Of a DNA stretch of 64,000 nt, positions 54,032 through 64,000 are shown in pieces (within the stretch, counting starts at the first letter, position 1; each line of letters opens with the position of its first letter). The position numbers and the translations under genes are program-made. The stretch covers positions 4,278,001 through 4,342,000 of the forward strand of contig NC_089434.1 in the NCBI RefSeq assembly GCF_026210795.1, written 5' to 3'. Source of the stretch: Rhizophagus irregularis. Its lineage: Eukaryota. Below the pieces are notes generated by a model. That model worked only from the letters and a program-made list of their open reading frames with translations, had not been told where the DNA came from and did not search any database.

Positions 54032-55093
54032 CTATACTACAGTAAATTCTTCATTATCTATACTAAGACTAACCATATTTCTTTTATTTGAATTATTATC
54101 AAAATCTTCCAACTTTATATTTTCGATTGTGACAGAATTTTTATGTAAATTTTTTACCAGGGAATTAAAATACTTGGCCCTTGCAGCTTTTCCGGCAATC
54201 GTCTTAACAATTTCCTTATCGTAAGTTATCATATAAGAGAAAATAATATTATTAAGAGTTTGGAAAATTCTGATTGTTAGAACACTACCATATTTTAACC
54301 AAGTAATTATTTCTACTACCGCTAAAATATTAAATGTTAAGGTTGATCCTAATTGTAAATAACTCCAGTAATTTACAGCATTAAACATATTATTCTTTGG
54401 TGATCTTTCGGTCATTTGATTTGATTCCGCTGCATTTTGAATTCTTTTTTTTAAAACTTGGATCAATCTAATCGTTACGAAAATATCAATAATTAAATCA
54501 ATACCGATGTACCCCCATCTTACGATTTTTGCTCTATCTTCGAATTTGCATATATTCCCAACATGGAGACGGAATAATGCAATATGTACAATCTATTTGA
54601 AAAATATGAACGAATCAATTAATTAAAATTTTAACATTAATATCATAATATATAATAAAAATAATTACTTGGAGTAAAGTCCTAATCGTAAGAAATGAAA
54701 TACAAAGGATTTTATCAAAATTTGATTTTGAGACGCCAATTAACCTCCTTAATAAAAAGAAAATAATTGATTGTCTATATAAAAAATCCACAGTTTCGTT
54801 GACGTAACTTACTCTTTCACAAGATAACTCGTATGCCAAAAAGACAGAGAGGATCGACCCGGCCGCTCCACTTAAATTTATTGTTATTTTAAATAATGAA
54901 AAGTTGGATATACCATGTTGGCAATTAAATATAGAAATAAAGAAGTTATGCAAGTAAACCTAATGTTTAAAGACAAAATTATATTAATTTTTAATAAGAA
55001 ATTATTGAATTAAGATAAATAAGTAGTAATACTAACGATGAAAGAGCAACCAAATAAAAATGAAAAAATGAGAGAATCCATTTCTTTTAACAT
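54032..55093 (-). CDS. Uncharacterised ~7-TM membrane protein (GPCR-like), 3 exons, ~302 aa
   Basis: Exons 55093-55037, 54959-54669 and 54592-54032 splice in frame via GT-AG introns; about seven hydrophobic segments by eye. Alternative ATG at 55081. Confidence 0.8.
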
Positions 55094-55704
55094 CGAATGA
55101 GAAAGTTAGAGTTTAAGTTTAAAATATTTTTCTTGAAATCATTCACTATATATATATAATTTTATGATATTAAAACTTTTGAATAGGTTGATTTCGATTT
55201 AATTTAGAAATTTGTTATAAAATTTGTAAATTTCCGCTTAACAGTTAACCAATAACAAATGTTTTAGGTTGTTACTAAAAAATTGGTTATATGTAACACA
55301 ATTTTTTTAGTATATATACTGTATATAAATAAACAGGTTTGATTCGAGAACTGAGCGCGTGATCCAAAAAAATTTTTTCGGAATCAACTCCATGAAGAAT
55401 CAATATATGATAATATATAAAAACAGTTTTATTTATTTATTTATTTAAAAAAAATAAAATTATAAATTTGGTTATTAGTTATTAATTTAATTTTTGTCTT
55501 TATGGAATACTGCCGCTCAAATTATAAAATCGGATTTAAGGTTTCACGGGTATTATGGTTTTTATTCTTTTAAATGCCCCTTAAAAATGCAGGGCTTTCT
55601 TCTTATAGATGTGATAAACCTTAACTGTTAAATAAATTATAAATAATTGGTTTAGTTGATAATCGATCAACAGAATTGCGGCGCAGCAACTTTCTTTGCG
55701 ATTA

Positions 55705-55916
55705 CCCTTCAAAAATGTCACGAAAATTCACGTGACTGTTTTTTTGTCACATCCGTCACACCCTTCCTTGTTTCCATTTTTCATAAGTATCTGAGGGACT
55801 TTGTTTTTTTCGAGTAAGTAAAAACGTATTCGTCACACCCTTATTCGTCACTGTTTATTTTCACGTGTTAGTGCATAACGCCGTAATGCCGGCCGTTTCG
55901 TGACATTTTTGAAGGG
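55705..55916. mobile_element. MITE with perfect 21-bp TIR flanked by TA; degraded relative at ~35855-36005
   Basis: TA|CCCTTCAAAAATGTCACGAAA ... TTTCGTGACATTTTTGAAGGG|TA. Confidence 0.9.
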
Positions 55917-56329
55917 TACGCAGGGGTAGTCCTTTCTTTGCTTACAACTTAATAAATTAATATTACAATAACTATTGTACGATGTCCCTACAAGACCAAT
56001 AACGAGCATCTCATTGATTTGGTTTGTATATAATGTACTGTAATATCAATTTTAAAATACATTTAAAAAATTTTAACATGTATATTTAATATAAATTGTA
56101 GCAAATTATTGTATAATTTAATTATAAAATAAATTGTATAAAATTACATTTGTAACTTTAATTATAAAATACATTTCCTCTATCCTCATTTAAATACTCC
56201 TCTCTTTCCTTTCAACCAAGTTTCTTCTCTCTTTTTTTTTCTTCGTGCAGTCACTTTGCATCCCATAAGCGTTCATTTCTCCACCATTCTCCGTCTTTTT
56301 TTGATATAGTCGCCAATACTATTAAAGAA

Positions 56330-58090
56330 AAACTTTAACTAGAAAAAAGAATGAAGCATTAGTAACTATTCGTTAATATAAACTAAAGATAAATCTGAAA
56401 ACCAACACGTTCAAAGAGATCCAGAGAAACCTGAAGAGCTGGCTACCTAAAAAAAGAAATAATCCAATGAAAGTCTTCCTCAAGGATCGAAACTAAATTC
56501 TACGCGTCTATACACGGCTAGAAAAGCAAAACGAAATGTTAGTAAGAATTTCGCTAGAAAAGTAATTCAAAGAAAAGAAAATCTATCGAATTCCCATGCA
56601 ACAAATACCTGAAGAACAATCCGTCTAAAAAAGAGAGAAACAATCAAGGAAAAATTTAAAATGCGAGTAGTAATCCCACTAAATTAATGCGAATTTACGC
56701 GTCAAAAAAAAAAAAGAAAATTTTCCGAATTTCCACATCTAAGATCCGACTAAAAATGAAAAAGACGAAATGTTAGATTAGTTAAAATTAATAAAATTAA
56801 AAATAAACATGAACATCTTCCGATTTCTTACCAAGAAAAATCTCCAAATTCACTCGTCCATACTCGCCTAAAAAAAGGAAAAGAACGAAATGTTAGAAAT
56901 ATTTCGTTAACGTTAAATAAAAAGATTAAAAAACATTCATTTTCCCACCGTCTAAAAAAAGAAATTTTCTGAATTTTACCAAAATCCATACATCCAAGCC
57001 TATAAAAAAAAGAATAAAATTTGGAATGTCAAAATACGTTTCGTTAGAATAAATAAACTAAAACAGAGAAAAAACTTACCAAAAATGAAATTCTGCGTTT
57101 CGTTAAAGAAAGAATCCCCTACCGAAATTCTGCGCGTCCAAGGACTTGAGTGCTTATAAAAAAAGAGAGAAAATCGAAACTTTAGCAAGACGTTTCGCTA
57201 AAAGAATAAATTAATAAAAATATATATTTCGGAATCCCTTACCGACTGGAAAATCGAAACGTTAGTAAAACGTTTCATTCATTAAAAATATAAATTAAAA
57301 AAAAAAATTCAGTTAAATCAAATAAATAATAGTTCTTTTCTTATTCATATATATTAAATATATTTGGGCTAACCAGACCAGTTGTTTTCAAAGATTCAGG
57401 CAATTTGCTGTATTTCGTTTACCTAGTATAAAGAACTCAACGTGTCCAAAGACCCAGTCGCCCTAAAAAAAAGAGAATATTGAAAGGTTAATAAAATGTT
57501 TCATAAATTCAAAGAAAAGTTCCGATAAAGAGACGGACACACTTCCATTTCCAAAGAGAATTGGCAAACCCTAAAAGAAGAAAAAACGAACTACTAATAA
57601 AGTTCGTTAAATAATAAAATAAAAGAAAAAACAAAAAACTATCATACCAGAATCCCATATCCAAAGAGATAAAAGAAAGTAAACGAACTGTTAGAAACTG
57701 TTCGTTAAAACAGAATTAAAAAAAAAAATTGAATAACAAAATTCCTACCTTATTTCCACGCGTCAAAATAGCCGAAGAATCAAGTCGTCTAAAAAAAGAA
57801 GAGAAACAACTATTAGAAATCGTTCGTTAAAATAAAACAATTAAAGAAAAAAGACAAACTTACCGAGAGATAACTAAGATTTTTTTCAACAAAAAGTGCG
57901 AGAGAAGCGGGAAAAGAGAAAGAAAAGAAAAGGGAAATGTAAAAGTAAAGGGAAAGGGGAAGGAAAGGAAGAGGAAAGAACGAGGGAGAGACGAAGGTAC
58001 GAAGGGGAGGGCGGAAGAATGAAAAAAAAAGTTTAAAATAGTTGATCGAACATTCGGGCTGCGGATTATATCACGTGATACACGTGATAC
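56330..58090 (-). other. Array of a dozen or more micro-exons and short hairpin-containing intron-like units
   Basis: Repeated + strand CT(A)n..ACGAA(A/C)T-GTTAG-..TTCGTT..TTAC. Examples: intron 57789-57863, exons 57749-57788 and 57423-57462. Pyrimidine-rich first exon on the minus strand at ~57864-58030; tandem CACGTG at 58072 and 58081. Confidence 0.6.
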
Positions 58091-58129
58091 ATAATATAAA
58101 TAGGGGCTTTCCCCGAAATTTTTTCATTT

Positions 58130-59278
58130 ATGTTATTGATCAAAATATACGAAAATGGAGTAACATTCCTATCCAAGCACACGTATTCAATTCTTTGGTC
58201 AACAATTCGGCCTCAAACGGTAGAACGAAATATACTAGAGGGAGACAGACTGGAATTACATCAAATTATGGTTCAACCATAATCCTTATGACGTACCCAC
58301 AAACGAAAAATTATCTCGCGCTCAAGGTACTCGCATTAAGAAATTGAGTTTCATTTACCCACAGTTCAATAAGCCAAGATTTTTTTTTAAAGATCGTTTC
58401 ATACTCTACGGCGGATGTTTTCCAACGCACGCAATTGTCCTACGCAATTATCCTAAACTTTATCCCAGCGGTCCTATTATGTGTGACTGTAGCACCACTC
58501 ACTTTAATAAATCAATTCCACTTTACAGAAATTCAAACCCATCCTACTTAACATTATCAACAAACACGCTACCGGTTTAATCTTTGACTTACAACATAAG
58601 ATCGAAACTTCAAGAACATTCAACCTTGCAAATACTAATGCTCTATCTATTGGTCACCCATGCTACTTACTCATACACCAATTATGCCTGCCGATCTTAC
58701 GACCTTATTTTACAACTACACCGGCAAACAAAAAGCCCGTGACACGGCCTTCAAAGAATTTATTATCCCGTTCATGCAAGAACTAAACTCCGTTATTTGG
58801 ACGGAACGTGCTAGCAACTTTAAACAATGGGAAACAACACAAGGAATCACAAAGAAAAAAAAGAAGCGCTACCACCAATTTTTTAAACATGATCGTAAAG
58901 AAACCTCCAGAATCAACATCGCGAACCAAACCAATCTCCAATCTCGTCGTAACCATCCTCTTTCTATCCCGTACGATAGATCAGATGGACGCTTGGCTTA
59001 AATGCCCACATCGATGGACGTCTAGTAATTTTTTACAGAGTTTAATAGTTTTTTTTATGATTTGTTTTTATTTACTTATAATCCTACCAATATAGCTAAA
59101 GATTGTTCAATTTCTCAGTTCCTTTTTCTTTTACCTCGGCTGTGTTTTTATAGCATCCCTGCGGCTTGGTTATCAGTTTTTTTTGGTTACTCTCGATTCT
59201 AGTATTTAGTTTCTTTGTAACTTTTGGTGTAACTTCGTTCAATTTGAGAAATGAAAATAAAAAATAAAAAATAAAATA
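58130..59278 (+). mobile_element. Non-LTR retrotransposon 3' fragment with A-rich tail
   Basis: VIDQNIRKWSN..., LRNYPKLYP, IWTERASNFKQWE..GITKKKK, RWTSSNFL, T-rich UTR, (AAAAAT)n tail. Confidence 0.8.
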
Positions 59279-59739
59279 TTTTTTTTTATATTTTAATGAT
59301 ATGTATATATGTGCTCATAAAGTCTTGATATATCGGAATTGGAGTCTGGAACGGGATTATCATAATTTATAATTAATTTGCCCGGATATCTCGATATAAC
59401 GGATTTTTGACAAATTTTACTAATGGAACGGATGATTCCACTATATCGAATTTCTTAAGACCCAAGTATAATTCAATTTTTTTCATGGGTATTTTGTATA
59501 AAACCCGACATTTTATTTTGTGTCACAAATTTCATATGATCCACAATAAACAAACGATCAATCGATATAATAGTATAATCTAATATTTAGCATTTATTAT
59601 TATTAGTCTTGTAACATATTTACTATAACAAAATTATGAATACAAAATACAAATAAAATTTGCCATAAATGTGATTTTGATATACTGGAATTACTAATTC
59701 CAATTTTGAAACACATTACGTTCTTCATTTTTTGTTATA

Positions 59740-61132
59740 ATAGTCATCATCTGATTCACATCACTATCATCTGATCTATTATCACCTGGTTCATAATCAT
59801 TATCGCTACTTTCTTCATGACTTTCATCATCTGCTTCAATTCCTCTCTCTTTATTATTTATTTTTTGTACTCTATTAAAATTAAATCATATTCCGTCCAT
59901 TCATCGCATTTGAAACACCACAATATTTAAATGAACGCATAATCAATTGCATCTCAACTTTCTTTTACCCAATTTGCTACAAGTGAGTATGATGGTCTTT
60001 TAATTTTTCCAGATGGGGTATATTCTTTAATAGCTTCATTATTCATCCAGTAATCATAAAGATGTCGCATCTAATTTTATTAAAATAATATTAATTTTAT
60101 ATTATATAGCAGAAAAAATTTGATGAATGAAATTTACCTTAGCTTTAAAAGGTTATTTAATGATACATCAAGTAACGAGAAGTTAATCCACCTGGAATAA
60201 CAGCCAAATCAGTATTTTTTCTATGAAATCGACGTTTTATAGCATCAGTTTTGTGAAGAATTTAACACTAAAAGAGATCTTGAGTTGCTTCCTTGTTTTG
60301 CACGTTGTGTCTAAGTATTTTCTATCCACCAAGTCATCTCGTCTTCATTCATTCAACCATTGGGATTAGCACGAACAATTACTCCATCAGGAAAATCCTC
60401 TCGCGGAACATTTACAAAGTTTGAAGTTTGAAAATAATTACTTGCGGCAATTTTTCACCATTAGCCATACAAGCTAAACAACAGTAAAATTTGCGTTCAT
60501 GCCAGTAGATAAAATAGCAACAGATTTTGTACCACGATGTTCAACTGTTGTGTTGCTTGGTAAATTAAATGCTATAGGTGTTTAATCCATATTTGCAATT
60601 AAAGATAATGGATATTGATGCTCTCTTCTACGAAAAAAAGGACGTAAGATAAAAATTGATTTGTTGCCCAATATAATCATCTGGAAGTCGCTGAGCAATT
60701 GTTATTTTTCTTCTACTGACTAAATTATGACGGGGCATAAAACCATTAACCCATTTCTGTGAAAACTTTTGATATACCGGTTTTTTTTGCTAAAGAGCGT
60801 GCTTTTGCCTGAATCATATAACGCGAAATTGTTTTCAATTGCCTTCATGAATCTCTAAACCATTCTATTAATTCAGTTTCGAGCTGTTGGTATTTTGGAC
60901 GTGCACCTTGAACAAGTTTTCGAACATAGGGAGCTACTATCATAAGTTGATCCTTATTTTTCAACCAGTTACGAAGTTGTTTTGGTTCAATCTCAAATTT
61001 ATCTGCTGTTGATCGTTTGCTATGACCTTGCTCATAATATGCGATTACTATCAACTTCTCTCTTGCTGACCATTGACGTCTCTTTTTCTGTGAAATTTTG
61101 GCACGGCGAGCTCTAAAATTTCCACGAACCAT
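59740..61132 (-). pseudogene. pogo-family (Tc1/mariner) transposase pseudogene: N-terminal HTH, CENP-B-type HTH, DDE_1
   Basis: RRQWSAREKL..TADKFEI..QLRNW; PKYQQLETELIEWF; IANMD*TPIAFNLP; LACMANGEKLP; LAVIPGGLT; YTPSGKIKRPSY. One intron at ~60072-60137; stops and frameshifts. TIRs not identified. Confidence 0.9.
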
Positions 61133-64000
61133 AGTGTTTAATAAATTTTTAATTAATAAAGTCTTTAAATATATATAGACTTTAAAAAATATTTATCAAT
61201 TAATATCTTGAAAGTTTATTTGAAACAAATTATCTGTAAAAATTTATTAGAAAAAAGATACGATAAAGAAATAATTGCAAGACGCGAAAAATAAGTTGCT
61301 ATAAATTCTAATATTCCATTTTCCCATGATTGGTAAAATAATCTTCATTCTTCAAGTGAATAAAATCCTCTAAAAGCATTTTCTAATTTTATTAGTTGTA
61401 ATTGATGAATGTGTTGTTTGGTAATAAAAGATAATTTCCAGAGACCCACTTATCAAATATACTGTTTAAAATATGATGTATTATTACAATTTTCCCAGAC
61501 ATATAAAATTGCAACCTCTAGGTATAATATCCAGGGGAAAATTGCCTAGCTTAGACGATACAATCATCCCGGGAAATTTTTCTTAATAAAATAAAAGTCG
61601 TAGAATGTGATCATTTTCATAAAAAATAAACGTGCAGGTATACAAGAGTTGTAGAAAGTTTCGTTCCAATATAAGATATATAATAAAATTGTGTCGTACG
61701 AATAAAGTGTAATTTGTAAATACTACTGACGCAGAGGAATCTTGTACAATAATCCATTAAATATCAATTAAAATTTAACTTACTTGTAAATACTCAACGA
61801 AGCCTCAAATTATAAATATTCATCATTTGTCTACTTTATTATTTGTTTCATCATACTTTCGTCCAATTTAATAATAAATCTTAATAATGGGATTAATAAT
61901 GGGATTTGTGATAACATATATAAAAGCTCTATATTTTACAACTAGTAATAATAATGAAACATATTCTAGCAAGGAGGCTGGCTGACTTAAAGATTATTCA
62001 GTCAATGTAACTTCACGTCATTATCTTTCGTGACAGCTAAAAAAGTGATTTCTTCCGCGGATATACTCTTTATTCTCTCTGGTCTAAAGATGGATAAAAC
62101 ATAATTCTACAGTACATAGCCTTTGCGAATGCTCCATCAGATTTTTGCCCACTGTCTTGTAGCTCATTATCAAATAGAAACACTTTTTCTTTAAAATTAT
62201 TTCATTGCATTGGGTTGAAACCACACTATCGGTAAGTTGACTATTTCATTCTCTTGTCATGTTGATAATTGATACGAACGGGTTGGAAAAAAAAGTTTAA
62301 AATGAATTTTCTTTCCATTTTGATCAATAAAAAATATGTGATATAAATAGAGATAACGTCAAATAGTTAAAAGATATATATTACTGGAACTTGTGAATGT
62401 AGAAGTTGTCGGTACATTATAGCAAAAAGAAATCAGAGAACTATTTTGCGTAAAAGAAATTCATTAAAGGTTAGAAAAATGCTACATATAAAAAATTTCT
62501 TTAAAAAAACCTATTCCATGTTGTGAAAGCATAATCATGTGGTTATGGTCATGATAATCGGCAAATCTCATTACCCAATATGATAGATAGCGTAGCCATG
62601 TACTTTCGTTCTTCACGTTGTTTTGAAATTTCCATAATGGACATACCTTTCACCTTTAAAATAACTACAAAGCCTAGTAAATAAAAGAAATTTTATGTTA
62701 ATTTTTTTAAATACTATAATTTCGTAGTTAGCGCTTTTGTTCAAATCAAAATCAGCAGGTGCGAAAAACTTTGGATTAACTCCAGAATCAAAAGAAATAC
62801 CTCAAAAGTAAATAAAGAATTTTACTTGGTAAAGCCTTTATGATTTCGTCACGAGGATCATGTTGCATTATAGCCTTCGTATGTTAAGGTCAGAAAGATG
62901 TAACTTATTCTAATGAGGATCAGCTGTTAAAAGTTCGTTAGAACTAGATAGAACTGGTTAGAACTGATTAAATTTCTCCCAAGACTCAAAAATCAAAAGC
63001 CTCTAAATCTAAAGCTTAAGAAACTTTCCGATACAATTACTTCAGTCGTTTCACCTGCCTCATCTAAACCGCGCAATTATTGGCAGAACATATCGCAAAG
63101 ATCTCGGAGATTAAGTGGCAATCAAAATCTCTTGAAAGATTTAGATAGTAGTTCAAATTTAATGGCTTCATTGTTAACTACCGGAATTAGTAAAACATCA
63201 TTATACAAATACAAGGGTACAACTGAAGGTGATTGAGTTTAATGCTAGTTGGTACTCAGAACGAAAAATTTTGTCCTTTAACAAAATATCACTACCTACA
63301 AAGCTTCGAGTACAAATGAGACTACAAAAAAAACACATCTTAAGGGATTAAATCGATGATATACTTGCTGGTGATCATGGTATCGCTAAACTAATTCAAT
63401 TGACCAAGAAAATAAGTAACCGTCGTTTGCATCTGTAATGACATCAACGTTCAAAAACTCAAACGTTGGGCTCTATTGCCGTAAGGTGAAGTTCAGGATA
63501 CCTCAAATGAACAAGTCAGATCAAGAATTATAAGAAAGAATTTACAAATTCAATTTAACAAATATGAAACGATCTCATAGGGAAGCTAATTGTGAATTAA
63601 TCGTCTTAAATTTGTTGCCAAAGTTATTTTTGAAAAATTTGCAACTATAGGATCTTTTGTAAAGCTGCTGATGCAATATCTTACTGAAATATAGTTGACA
63701 AGAATTTCTTTCTATTGTGCCTGCATGGTTATAGTAAAGGAGGTGTAATATCTTAATGAAGATCAAGAGTGTTTTGCGTGTAACGAGGAAAATAATTTGA
63801 TGTATTTTTTTCTTTCTTATCTTGTGTAGTTAGGGAATATGTGAAAATATGTGTTGATAGGTAGCGTATAATAGAGTGTGTGAAGGAATGTCAAATTTTC
63901 TATGAAGTGTTTAGTGTAGGACGAGTATTATTATTTGATGTGTTTGTAGTTAAAAGAGATTGGAGGGTTTACGAGTTGATGGGTAGCATATAATAGAGTA

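Noticed and set aside
823..63766. Many 60-160-aa Phe/Ile/Lys-rich ORFs in the track
   Set aside because: Expected by chance in very AT-rich DNA, or antisense to real features.
61700..64000. Coding-like degraded sequence and a short ~120-bp-spaced repeat at the window end
   Set aside because: No motif I can assign with confidence; probably TE or pseudogene debris.

Overview
Very AT-rich, intron-containing eukaryotic DNA. The gene families and repeats point to an arbuscular mycorrhizal fungus (Glomeromycotina, Rhizophagus-like); this is inference. Four genes look intact: a 13-exon Argonaute with a complete DEDH tetrad (6164-9704, +), an intronless HMG-box protein with a Gln/Pro-rich tail (-), a 2-exon Ulp1/C48 protease (-) and a 3-exon 7TM-like membrane protein (-). 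They sit among pseudogenes (hybrid histidine kinase, protein kinase, TLDc, membrane protein, probable second HMG box), 3' fragments of non-LTR retrotransposons, a dead pogo transposase and several MITEs with readable TIRs/TSDs. The most unusual signal is a set of minus-strand micro-exon arrays (56.3-58.1, 31.8-32.6 and 37.5-37.8 kb). In the first two, short repeated intron-like units enclose the branch site in a covarying hairpin; the third lies inside a TIR element. All splicing models and alignments were done by eye.
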